Positions 47,381 to 57,176 of a DNA stretch of 64,000 nt are shown piece by piece. The stretch spans positions 160,001 to 224,000 of the forward strand of contig CAWBMP010000005.1 of the NCBI GenBank assembly GCA_963790025.1, read 5' to 3'. The notes under the pieces were generated by a model. That model worked only from the letters and a program-made list of their open reading frames with translations, had not been told where the DNA came from and did no database searches. The first letter of the stretch is position 1, and every line of letters starts with the position of its first letter. The stretch is from Nitrospirota bacterium. GTDB lineage: Bacteria > Nitrospirota > Thermodesulfovibrionia > Thermodesulfovibrionales > Dissulfurispiraceae. The translations under genes were made by a program, and so were the position numbers.

Positions 47381-50300
47381 TCATTTCTTCCTCGTGCGTC
47401 TCCGCCGCACCGGAGAACCTCCCTGCATAATAGAGCGATTATCTATCTCATTTAAAGCATCGCTAACTCCATATGCTTCAATATCCAATAATGTCTCAAA
47501 CAATTCCAATCCCTGTAATCTGTGTGTGCCGCCCAGTCTCTGCAATGTCAGCGCTATGTTAATAATTTCAGGAGCAGCAATCGCAAAAGAAGTACTCAAA
47601 TTGTTGAGTTCCGATCTTTTTTGCTCAATCAATATTTTGGAAATATCGTATATACGGTCGGGTTCTAAAGGTAATAAATCTCGAAGACGCTCAACGATAA
47701 AGGTATCAGGAGCATACTGAAAAGATCTTGGATGTTGTATTAAACAATCTAGAAACTTTCTTGTAAGGTCGTCAGGAACTATATGGTCTATGATACGAAA
47801 AATATCCATTATTGCTCTATCAATTTTATCGTCATTATCTTTAATTAGTTCGCATAACATACCTGTTGCGATCTTCTTGTAAGTCAATTCAGACCACAAA
47901 CGGGACACAGTATAAGCAAGTCCTAAGCGCATATGTTGAACTTTAACTTGGTCTTGATCTGGATAATCCCTCTGCATTATTCTATGAATTTCGTAGCCAA
48001 CATCCTCATTTTCAGGGTGCCAAGCATAGTAGAGCATCGATATTTCAGCATAAGCCTGAGGGCCTTTAACCCACTCGCCGTCGCGCAACGAAAATAACCA
48101 TTTCATAAAAACATCAGTGGGAATCCAAGCTTGAATCTGTGTAAGCAAAATAGCCCCTTGATTACTGCTAATCAATCGAGGATAGCTACTAAACAGATTC
48201 TCTAAGAAAGTGATTGCCCTAGAATGCTCACAATTGGAAAGATACTGCAAGAAGTGAAGCATAGCATGCCATACTTCCACGGCATCGTTGCGAGAGAGGT
48301 GTGACTCTAAAACTTCTATCCACCGATCTGCAGCTATTGGTTTTCGGAAGAGTAATGCTTTAGTGAGTGCCTCCAGTATAGTAAAGCTACCTTGAGGCAC
48401 AACAAAAAAGCTCTGATGTCCCCACAAGATACTCCGATCTACTTTCTCTTCTTTCTCTTCTTTCTCTTCTTTCGTGTGATTAGTTGAACTGTACTTATGT
48501 GGCTCTACTGCTTGAGTTAACCATTCATTCAATATGTTGCAAATATAATCAGGCAAGCCAATACTGTCTTTAACTCTTACCGATAAGGCATGGGCGGCGG
48601 CGGCGCGGAATTCAAGCGTCTTAAATCCCCGCTTATTTAATTCGACAACTAAAGTAAATAGTTCTTTGTCAGGTAGTTCTGAAATGGACAATCCCTCAAG
48701 TGCCATCCCCGTGGGTCTCTCTTGTAAACCCGGTTTGAAGTGACCTAATATAGGGATAGCTCTCTGAGGGTGCGATTTAGCAAAGTCCGAAAAAGCTCTC
48801 GATGCTTGTATGCTCCCGCCTAGTGAAAGGTCCTTCGGATGATCCCAATTCGTGCTATCTACAAACTTTTCGAATAGCTTTACAATGTCTTCATCTTTAG
48901 CCTTTGCCATTTGCTCCGCAGACATCGGGCTTTCAATCGTATGAAATCCAGTAAAAACTATTTCCTTTTCTGACAATTTGGGGAACGCTCTTTCTTCCTC
49001 CTCAACAAGGCGCTTTGTTTTGTCGCTCATCAGGTCTCTTGGAATGGCGTGTAAGACTTTCAGTCGACGCTGTCGATTATACTTAAATGTATCAGCCCGC
49101 CTCTGACCACTGTCACCCTCTTCATTAGGGAAACAGTCCCATTTGAGGATTGCATCTTCTAGCTTTGAGAGGTCCTGCTGAGAAAGAAGGGGGGCCAGTT
49201 TTGAAATCAAACGTTTACTATCTTTGTGCTGATCATCATAGCTACCTAAAGCAAATCTTCTTCCGTCAGACATGATAAACTTGAAAACAACTTGAGGAAA
49301 GTTTTCAATTAATTTTTCTAATCCCTTTGACAAGAGTCTTTGGACAAGAGATATATTAGATTTCTCCCATTTGTTCAAGAAGCTTATGAAAGCAACCGCA
49401 TCGGTTTGAGCAAATGTTTCAATAGCAATTTTGAAGGAAGTCATAAACGGATATCTATCAGGTTCTCCATCCTTCAAGTCCTCAGATAAGATTGAAATGT
49501 GATGGTAAGTGCCCTTGACCGACGAATCACCGAAATCTCTTTCAAGCATCTCTACAAGCCATGGCCAAACAACATCAAGATAGACTTTTGGGGCTGCTTC
49601 TGCTATAGCCGGAAGATTGTACCACTCGTCAAAGCTATCTAAAGCCTTCTGATGTTTTATCCCGGGCAAACTTTGCTCAGAACTAGCTATGCTTTGTGCC
49701 AATCCATATCGTACAACAATCGGCGCTAGTTCAGGAGACGCAGCTGAAATTATACTTGCCAGGTCGCAAACTGCCCAGGAAGCAAATTTGGTTCTATGTA
49801 AAATAGTGCAAATTACTTCTATTGCTTTAGCATCCCATTGGGATAACTCCTGAAACGTCGCCCATGTTAACGGGTCCTTTTCCTTATCACGTAGCCAATA
49901 GCGCTCAATTAGCTTAAATACGCCATCGCTGTCAAATCGCCATGCCTTTTGAAGGATGAATATGGCATGCTTTGCACGTTCTGTTTCTTCAGACATTATT
50001 TGAGGAAGATAAGTGTTCTTTACTCGCTCGAACCATCCGGGGCTCCCTGACATAAAATAAAGAACCTTGCGTCTAAACTCAGGCTTTTCCAAAAGTGGGA
50101 GTAGTTTTCCCGCCTCATAATCGTCAGGTTTCTGTAGTTGGCTCAAGAATTCTATTAGTAATAGCCTAATGTGTAATCGGAGACTTTCGTCTGTCCAAAG
50201 ACGATCAAGCTCCTTTTTGTATGTCACTTCGTGTGCAACACGCAAATAATGTAGGCCACTCCATAGTTGCGGTCTCACAAATAATGCGCTCTGTCTCGCC

Positions 50301-52402
50301 ACAACATAATTTGATAAACTCTCAATCTCTTTCGCAAATGCCCTTGCTCTGGCAAAGTCGAAGATGGTTTGATGACTAAAAGCTATTCTTATTCCAGAGT
50401 TATCGGATATCAGTATTCCTTCAGAGATAAGGTTCTCAAGGCTCTTCATATGGGCATCAAAAGCCGATATGGGCAACCAGAGTGTTTCTTCTTCCCCCAT
50501 TTTTGAAGCTATCCGTTCAACCAACTCTGCTCGGCCTTCAATTCCATCAGGATTTAAAAGTTTGATCTTCCATAATTCTTCAAGTAGAGCATGATACGTG
50601 AGAAGATCTTTAGTTACTGCAAAAGAGGGGGCAATCTTCAAAAATATTTTGATATGGAGCGGTGTCTTGAGTAGCTCCTTAAAATTAGGATTCCAAGAGG
50701 ATGAATCAATTCCCATGTCTTTCAATACTTGTGCCACGTCATCCCATTGAGGGAGTTCAAGTGTCACAGTATCGGCCTTAATGCTTCTCAGGCGGGCATC
50801 ATGGTTATATTCAAATGTCCTGCAAGAGGACAAAACATGAACGTTTGGTTTATCCGAAAGTCGCTTTATGAAATCAAGCATTATATTTAGGCGTTCAGTT
50901 CTTAGATCCACCAAGTCACCGAGAGCATCTAGCTGGTCCAATAAAACAACCACCTTCTCATGTCTGGATAATCTCTCTACGCACGCTACAAGATTATCGG
51001 GCAAGCCTAAATCTTTTGATAGCTGCTCCAATGAATTCACAGATACATTGAGAAGATCCGCTTTTATGGCAAGGACAGTAATTCCTTTGTCTTCGAGAGT
51101 CTTGCCTAATTTGGCCAACAATGACGACTTTCCACTTCCTGGAGCACCCAATAATATAATTGTATTGCTGTCCTGAGTTTCAAATGCTGTCATTAGCCGC
51201 CTTATTTCAGGCCTATCTATCCAACGATCAACTCCTACAGTAACATGCCAAGATAACAGGTCAATGGATGTTCTCTTAAGTGCAGCCCTTATCTCGTCTA
51301 AAGAGATGTATTCTGATTCCAAATGAACAAATGTGATTGGAAACTCTTTCAATAGCGTGAGCTTATTGGAATCAAACAAAGACTTGATACGCTCGAATCC
51401 ATTCAGTGAACTTTGCGCGAAGATGACAAGACTACCTTTCTCGATGCGATAAATACTTAAAGATGAATCCCCCGACAACTCCCTAAGGTTCGCTTCCATC
51501 TGTAGCAGTAAAGTCTTATCAGGCATTTCTGAGGTCGTTTCGACACCTAAAACAAATCTAAGGGTATCTCTCTCGTCACGCGTCTCCACTCCTGCATGTA
51601 AACTTAAAGATGCTTCGCTGACAACAAGCTTGGCTAACATCTCAAAGGCAAAGGCACTAGCATGAAGTGCGGCGGTCTCATGATATCCATCACCTTTTTC
51701 GTCAACCAGATCCGAGATGCCACGTATAATTATCGTTTCTTTACCACTGCGGTGTGCGGCATCATGCACACCGAACCCTTCCATATCAACAGCAAGGGCA
51801 TCACCATAATTCTGCTTTATGAAAACATATACTTCAGATTTTGAGTCCGCTATTACCTTCTCTCCCGAAGCTATAGCTCCAACAAGAGCTCTTGGATTTC
51901 GTTCAGGTAGTTTAGAGATTCTCTTTAACCAATCCTCTTTTCTTGCCGCTGCACGAGCTCTTTGTTCCAGTCTATAAGCGGCTCTATAGGCACTGGGACG
52001 TGGTCTTAACTCCTTCTCAGCCTTGCCGAACTCATAGCCATATACCTTTGTTGCAGCGATCACATCTGCGATTTCAACGTCCTTTATCCCTCCTGCAATG
52101 CCAACAAAGAATACGAATCTGGGGTTAAAATAATCGATTGCGCGTTCTGTTTCTAAAGCTGCGGTTTCATTACCAGGCCCTGTTTCAATAACGGCAACAT
52201 TCCAAAATTGACCATCAGAGCGAAAAATACCACACTCATACACAGCGCCTTTGGGATGGACCCTTTCCAGTAAATCAGTGAGATGACTAGTGACAGCTGT
52301 AAATTCGATGGGAAGAGCAGTAACGATTACAACCCATGGAAGATCGTTAATATTATGAGGATTTACGTTGGTTTGCTGCATTGACAGAGGATCCATATTC
52401 AT
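47381..52402 (-). CDS. Avs-like antiviral STAND NTPase with an N-terminal PNP/MTA-SAH nucleosidase effector and a TRADD-N-like insert
   Basis: PNP motifs VTALPIEF, FVGIAGG, IASGEKVI, AVDMEG, IRGISD; Walker A GAPGSGKS; Walker B VVLLDQLD; 'FSHQTIFDF'; long helical C-terminus. Confidence 0.85.
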   Translation of the reverse strand: MNMDPLSMQQTNVNPHNINDLPWVVIVTALPIEFTAVTSHLTDLLERVHPKGAVYECGIFRSDGQFWNVAVIETGPGNETAALETERAIDYFNPRFVFFVGIAGGIKDVEIADVIAATKVYGYEFGKAEKELRPRPSAYRAAYRLEQRARAAARKEDWLKRISKLPERNPRALVGAIASGEKVIADSKSEVYVFIKQNYGDALAVDMEGFGVHDAAHRSGKETIIIRGISDLVDEKGDGYHETAALHASAFAFEMLAKLVVSEASLSLHAGVETRDERDTLRFVLGVETTSEMPDKTLLLQMEANLRELSGDSSLSIYRIEKGSLVIFAQSSLNGFERIKSLFDSNKLTLLKEFPITFVHLESEYISLDEIRAALKRTSIDLLSWHVTVGVDRWIDRPEIRRLMTAFETQDSNTIILLGAPGSGKSSLLAKLGKTLEDKGITVLAIKADLLNVSVNSLEQLSKDLGLPDNLVACVERLSRHEKVVVLLDQLDALGDLVDLRTERLNIMLDFIKRLSDKPNVHVLSSCRTFEYNHDARLRSIKADTVTLELPQWDDVAQVLKDMGIDSSSWNPNFKELLKTPLHIKIFLKIAPSFAVTKDLLTYHALLEELWKIKLLNPDGIEGRAELVERIASKMGEEETLWLPISAFDAHMKSLENLISEGILISDNSGIRIAFSHQTIFDFARARAFAKEIESLSNYVVARQSALFVRPQLWSGLHYLRVAHEVTYKKELDRLWTDESLRLHIRLLLIEFLSQLQKPDDYEAGKLLPLLEKPEFRRKVLYFMSGSPGWFERVKNTYLPQIMSEETERAKHAIFILQKAWRFDSDGVFKLIERYWLRDKEKDPLTWATFQELSQWDAKAIEVICTILHRTKFASWAVCDLASIISAASPELAPIVVRYGLAQSIASSEQSLPGIKHQKALDSFDEWYNLPAIAEAAPKVYLDVVWPWLVEMLERDFGDSSVKGTYHHISILSEDLKDGEPDRYPFMTSFKIAIETFAQTDAVAFISFLNKWEKSNISLVQRLLSKGLEKLIENFPQVVFKFIMSDGRRFALGSYDDQHKDSKRLISKLAPLLSQQDLSKLEDAILKWDCFPNEEGDSGQRRADTFKYNRQRRLKVLHAIPRDLMSDKTKRLVEEEERAFPKLSEKEIVFTGFHTIESPMSAEQMAKAKDEDIVKLFEKFVDSTNWDHPKDLSLGGSIQASRAFSDFAKSHPQRAIPILGHFKPGLQERPTGMALEGLSISELPDKELFTLVVELNKRGFKTLEFRAAAAHALSVRVKDSIGLPDYICNILNEWLTQAVEPHKYSSTNHTKEEKEEKEEKVDRSILWGHQSFFVVPQGSFTILEALTKALLFRKPIAADRWIEVLESHLSRNDAVEVWHAMLHFLQYLSNCEHSRAITFLENLFSSYPRLISSNQGAILLTQIQAWIPTDVFMKWLFSLRDGEWVKGPQAYAEISMLYYAWHPENEDVGYEIHRIMQRDYPDQDQVKVQHMRLGLAYTVSRLWSELTYKKIATGMLCELIKDNDDKIDRAIMDIFRIIDHIVPDDLTRKFLDCLIQHPRSFQYAPDTFIVERLRDLLPLEPDRIYDISKILIEQKRSELNNLSTSFAIAAPEIINIALTLQRLGGTHRLQGLELFETLLDIEAYGVSDALNEIDNRSIMQGGSPVRRRRTRKK

Positions 52403-52776
52403 TAAAATAATGACACATACGTGTATATTGCTCCGCTGCTCAGATTTGTGTCAACTTAAAAATCACTTAGCAAACGAGTGTAAGGTAAGCAAGGACGATG
52501 TTGACTCCGTTAACTTAAACAAACTGATAGAAGCTTGATAGTGCGTGCTATAAATGCCATCGCCTGCGGTTATTTTCGGTAATCCTCACACATTTCAACT
52601 TTCCGAAAGTGCGAAGTATCAGGTGCACACTATAACCGCAACAAAAAAGTACCCTCTCATTTAGGAGGAAGCACCTGATGGTGGCTGATGTCATCACGCC
52701 AGTTGTCGTGTTACGCCCCGTTGACTATTCTGAGGGATGCAGTAGAATAAGAGTAGGTCTTATCAAGGAGGACATC

Positions 52777-52899
52777 ATGAGCAAAGAAAACAAGCAAAAG
52801 CCAAATTCGAAGAAAAAACCTCAGCACACCCTGAAAGAAAAAAGACAAGCAAAAAGAGAAAAGGCTGAAGGTAAGCCCTTCCAAATGATGCCCAGTTGA
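52777..52899 (+). CDS. 40-aa Lys-rich small protein
   Basis: SD aaggagg; MSKENKQKPNSKKKPQHTLKEKRQAKREK. Confidence 0.7.
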   Translation: MSKENKQKPNSKKKPQHTLKEKRQAKREKAEGKPFQMMPS

Positions 52900-53110
52900 A
52901 CTTACAATGGGCCGGTCTATCCCCGTTCCCTAGACCCGCCCGTGTTTTTCCCTTATGCTGGCACGTTCTCGGAGCGACTGTCGGTTTGTAATGTAAAACC
53001 GCAAAAGTTGCGTACTGCGAAATCTGTCTAGTAGAAGGTGTTCATGACAGAATGAGCACCTCTTAGGAATCCTGTTAATTAGTAGGCACAAGATAAAAGG
53101 GGGATTTAAC

Positions 53111-53554
53111 ATGGGTAAAACAAAATGGCAAATGTTAATGATGCTTCTGGTTATTGTATTGATCAGCGGATGTTCAACTATGAGTGACGTTGCGGTTTCC
53201 AAAGATTCAGGAACGAGTGCTGTTTATCCTGTGTCAGCCGACCAGGCTTGGGATATTGCAAAGGCTGTTTTTCGTTGGGAAGGTGCAGATGCTATAGAAG
53301 AACATCAGAAAGATGGTTATATGCTCACAAGCAGTGGAATGAACATGGTTTCGTGGGGTGCTGTAATGGGAGCATGGATAGATCCCATTGATAAGGACAA
53401 AACAAAAGTGACTGTCGTTACAAAACGTAGACTCTCTATGAATGTTGCAACTACACTAACAGAAGCCACATTTCAGAAGCGATTTGTGCAGGCGGTTGAC
53501 ATTGTGAAAGCCGGGAAACCCTTACCCATAAAAGCTCCTGAATTAAATGAATAG
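53111..53554 (+). CDS. Hypothetical lipoprotein
   Basis: Lipobox ISGC; 147 aa; SD ggggga. Confidence 0.8.
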   Translation: MGKTKWQMLMMLLVIVLISGCSTMSDVAVSKDSGTSAVYPVSADQAWDIAKAVFRWEGADAIEEHQKDGYMLTSSGMNMVSWGAVMGAWIDPIDKDKTKVTVVTKRRLSMNVATTLTEATFQKRFVQAVDIVKAGKPLPIKAPELNE

Positions 53555-53670
53555 ATAAAATTCCTAAGATAGCGTTAGGGAATCGCTATACAAAGTAATC
53601 TGTAAGGAAAGGAAAAAATAATGTAATCAGGAAATGGGTCATAAATAGAATTGAGCTGCAACTGCAACCA

Positions 53671-53733
53671 TAAAACAAACAACGGCCGCATGATGCCTTG
53701 GGCGACTTGACACCGGCAGAATACATGGAGCAA
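53671..53733 (+). pseudogene. IS3-family transposase C-terminal fragment
   Basis: Translates *NKQRPHDALGDLTPAEYME, matching the YNxxRPHxxLGxxTPxEY motif. Confidence 0.65.
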
Positions 53734-53837
53734 AATGACAAGAAAACAGTTCAACAAGGCAATCCAGCCTGGTGGGAACTGATAGAACCAGAACACCTGT
53801 GAAATGAAGGATAGCTTGAATATATGGGTGAGTAAAC

Positions 53838-54083
53838 TTGTTTAGTGCATTAATTGCTCTTTTCAGCTTGGTAATCATGTGCATTGGGTATTTCTACAAC
53901 GTCCATTTAGGAATCTGTCATGAACGATTGGAAATGTGTAAGGATCGCCTTACGGAAATAAGAACGTTACAGGATAATGATTTCAAGCAGTTTATATTTA
54001 TTGTTCGAGGTAGTGAAAAGGAGCGAGAGTTTGTAGAGCAGTATAGTAATTTTTTGAAAAGGCAGTTGAAATCCAAAAAATGA
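53838..54083 (+). CDS. Hypothetical small membrane protein or gene fragment
   Basis: Hydrophobic N-terminus; TTG start with weak SD. Confidence 0.35.
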   Translation: MFSALIALFSLVIMCIGYFYNVHLGICHERLEMCKDRLTEIRTLQDNDFKQFIFIVRGSEKEREFVEQYSNFLKRQLKSKK

Positions 54084-54127
54084 AAGAGGCCGTATAGCTC
54101 GGAAACACACATAAAGGAGGATTAATT

Positions 54128-54547
54128 ATGAGGAAGATGAGTTTTGTTATGTTAATAACTCTCTTATGCGTTTCTCTGGCATCCTGTTCTAAGGCTGAAA
54201 AGCTGACGGACGTCAAAGTTCAGATTGATTCCCCTCAACAGAATGCAGAAGTTGTTCTTCAAGAAATCGTAAAAGGCAAAGTATCAAATCCAAAAGCCAC
54301 GGTCTACGTATTAGTTCATCCTTTATTGACACATATATGGTGGGTCCAGCGTATGCCCTCTCCGCCTAATCAAGATGGCACTTGGCAGACGGTTTGCTAT
54401 TTTGGGACTGAGAATAAAGGGGTCGGTGAATCATTTGAAGTCGTAGCTATCGTAACAAATAAGAAACTGGAAGAAGGACAAACTCTTACTGAATTGCCAA
54501 AAGAATCAGTGCGAACTGATATAACAACCGTCAGGCGAATAAAGTAA
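54128..54547 (+). CDS. Hypothetical lipoprotein with an Ig-like beta domain
   Basis: SD aaggagg; lipobox LASC; 'VYVLVHP....WWVQ...DGTW....YFG....FEVVAIV'. Confidence 0.8.
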   Translation: MRKMSFVMLITLLCVSLASCSKAEKLTDVKVQIDSPQQNAEVVLQEIVKGKVSNPKATVYVLVHPLLTHIWWVQRMPSPPNQDGTWQTVCYFGTENKGVGESFEVVAIVTNKKLEEGQTLTELPKESVRTDITTVRRIK

Positions 54548-54578
54548 TGTCGGCTCCTGGGCTGATGGGGAGTTATCG

Positions 54579-55235
54579 ATGAGGAAACTTATCGGAGCAG
54601 TTTCTGTTGCTCAGGCATTTCTATCATATTTCGTAGGCCGATTTTTAGACAGGCTTATTGCTGGACCTTCAAGGGAAATTGTGCAGCCCAATATGGTGAT
54701 TGTGGTTGACCGGCCTGGAAAAGAGTGGGATATTATTGTCTACTATCTTGTTGTGGCGATCGCTGTATTGGTTCTTTCGTGGTATTTCCAGATAAAGGCA
54801 ATTAAAGGAACCGGTCAGTCAGAAACAGGTGTTAAGGCTACTTGTTTTCGAGTGCTGATTGGCCTGCTAATCTTCATTGTAATTACTGCTTTGGCCCTTT
54901 CACTGAGCAAAAGATTCTTGGTTGCTGAAGTATCAAGCATAATGGATGTCAGCGGTCACCTGAGTGATCGGAGGCTCAAGGGATATTTGTTTGTCAGACC
55001 AGTTAATTCTCAGCATTGCTGGCTCCAGGAGCCTATTCCCCTTATGCCTGATCAGGGCGGCAAGTGGAACGCAAGCGTATTTTTTGGTGGACCAAGTGGT
55101 CAGCAATTTGAAATCATTGCAATAGCCTCGGAGACACCCCTGCATCCACTTCCCTTCAGCGCCCCTGGAAGCTACGACTGTAGGCAAATCACGAGTGATG
55201 CAGGCCGGTTTGTTCGGTTAGTAAGGTTGAAATAA
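54579..55235 (+). CDS. Hypothetical membrane protein with a C-terminal domain paralogous to the upstream lipoprotein
   Basis: 2-3 TM segments, then 'YLFVRP....WLQ...GGKW....FFG...FEIIAIA'. Confidence 0.75.
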   Translation: MRKLIGAVSVAQAFLSYFVGRFLDRLIAGPSREIVQPNMVIVVDRPGKEWDIIVYYLVVAIAVLVLSWYFQIKAIKGTGQSETGVKATCFRVLIGLLIFIVITALALSLSKRFLVAEVSSIMDVSGHLSDRRLKGYLFVRPVNSQHCWLQEPIPLMPDQGGKWNASVFFGGPSGQQFEIIAIASETPLHPLPFSAPGSYDCRQITSDAGRFVRLVRLK

Positions 55236-55686
55236 GAAAGCAGGAGTGCTGTCAAGAAAAGAGTAGCTAAAAAGGGACAGGCTACTTTATTAGGGTTGGC
55301 TGATGGCAATATATTAATTGATGAATTTGCAACTGCTGATTATGAGAGTCAGGTCATAGTCTTAAAAAGTGCGACAAGTGGTATGGAAATATCGAAGCTT
55401 GACTAAAAATTCTTTGGGAAGTATTAAGATTATATGAAAAAAAGTCCACTATGCTTGACTTTGCAGCTCCAACGGATAATATGGGATATATACCATAATT
55501 ATGAACCTTCAGGAATAGTATTATAGAATTTTCCAGATGGGCCTTCTGGCATAAATATAATCGGCAAATAAACCGGCAAAATAGTTTCGCTTAATTTCCT
55601 CTATCTTGATAATTTTATCAATTTTATATATAGTTACCATATAAAATAAGCGGCAAATAAATCGGCAAATGATAGGTCAGGTAACT

Positions 55687-56898
55687 ATGCAAACTCAGAA
55701 AATGACACCTTTATATCCCGAAAAAGCGGAGGAGCTTACTGATCTTGCTCTGGCTGTAATCCAAAAATCAGCAGCCCTTGGTAGCCGGCAACATCCAGTT
55801 ACTCTACATTCACTGCATGAATTCCTTCGGGTCATTAACAGCTATTATTCTAATTTAATAGAGGGTCATAACATGCATCCTTATGATATTGTGCGTGCGA
55901 TGCAAAAACAGTACGATACAGAACCGGCAAAACGTGATCTCCAGATGGAGAGCGTTGCTCATATTACCGTTCAAAGGGATATGGAAGGAAGATTGCAGCA
56001 AGAGCCTGAACTCAATATTGCTGGCCGAGAATTCCTCTGTTATGTGCACAGGGAATTCTATCGACAACTGCCGGATACGTTCAGAATCGTGAAAAATCCA
56101 GAGACGAGGCGTAAGAGCCGTGTCATTCCTGGTGAGTTGCGTAAGGAGACAGTTAAAGTAGGGCGCCATGTGCCGCCAGGAAGCGATACCCTGGATGCAT
56201 ATCTTGATCTGTTTGGTAGGTCTTACGCACCTGACCGTCATCATGGTGCGGCAAAGCTGGTTGCAGCTGCCGCCGCACATCATCGTCTCATGTGGATTCA
56301 CCCTTTCCTTGACGGAAACGGACGCGTGGCCCGGTTATTCACTGAGGCATATTTTCGACGCATTCCGGTTCTCGGCTACAGCCTCTGGTCAGTAAGCCGA
56401 GGGCTTGCGCGCAGAAATGTTGATTATAAGGCGGCCCTTAGCTGGGCGGACGCGGCACGGCGAAATGACCTTGACGGCAGGGGAACCCTATCGAATGAAG
56501 GACTGTTACGGTTTTGTCGGTTTTTTCTTGAAGTCTGCCTTGACCAGGTAGAATACATGGATAAACTTCTGAAGCTTGAAGAACTCGCGCAGAGAATCAG
56601 GTCCTATATTGACCTTCGGAACAGGGGGGTAATCCATAGCCCATCAGGGGAAAAAAAGTTGCTCCGGATCGAGTCGCTCAGAATGCTCCAGGAAGTCCTG
56701 ATACAAGGTGTTTTAACGAGGGGCGATGTTATTCAGGCCTCAGGCCTCAAGGAACGCACGGGACGAAATATACTGGGGCTGCTTCTTGAAGAGGGCTTGC
56801 TGGTTTCGGATTCTCCCAAGGGAGAGGTCAGGCTGGGATTTCCCATCCATGCAGCTGGATGGTTCTTCCCGGATCTGTATCCGACTTTAACAAATTAG
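55687..56898 (+). CDS. Fic-domain protein (class II, N-terminal inhibitory motif, C-terminal wHTH)
   Basis: HPFLDGNGRVAR Fic motif; 'SNLIEG' (S/T)xxxE(G/N) motif. Confidence 0.93.
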   Translation: MQTQKMTPLYPEKAEELTDLALAVIQKSAALGSRQHPVTLHSLHEFLRVINSYYSNLIEGHNMHPYDIVRAMQKQYDTEPAKRDLQMESVAHITVQRDMEGRLQQEPELNIAGREFLCYVHREFYRQLPDTFRIVKNPETRRKSRVIPGELRKETVKVGRHVPPGSDTLDAYLDLFGRSYAPDRHHGAAKLVAAAAAHHRLMWIHPFLDGNGRVARLFTEAYFRRIPVLGYSLWSVSRGLARRNVDYKAALSWADAARRNDLDGRGTLSNEGLLRFCRFFLEVCLDQVEYMDKLLKLEELAQRIRSYIDLRNRGVIHSPSGEKKLLRIESLRMLQEVLIQGVLTRGDVIQASGLKERTGRNILGLLLEEGLLVSDSPKGEVRLGFPIHAAGWFFPDLYPTLTN

Positions 56899-57176
56899 CC
56901 ATCAAATGAAATGCACCAGTGAATAAGTTGGTTGGACATATGGCAACGTCTCTTGGACCCCGACACTCAGGATAACAACAGTATCAAACTACATTTCGGT
57001 AAATCCCTTTTTCTCACTCTCAGGTAGACGCTAACAAAAGTCACGCCATCGTTACCCTCTGTCATGCCTTTTAAGCCTGCAATTGTTTATATATCCGCAA
57101 TATGACAGTTGAAGAAATAAAGGAGCAAGATGTTCAAGCGGTTGCAGTGTAAGTTCTTGATATTTTGTAAGAAACT

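Noticed and set aside
52566..52639. attC site upstream of the NLR gene (gcggttat...ataaccgc)
   Set aside because: GTT and AAC are in the wrong order for attC; it is only an 8-bp inverted repeat
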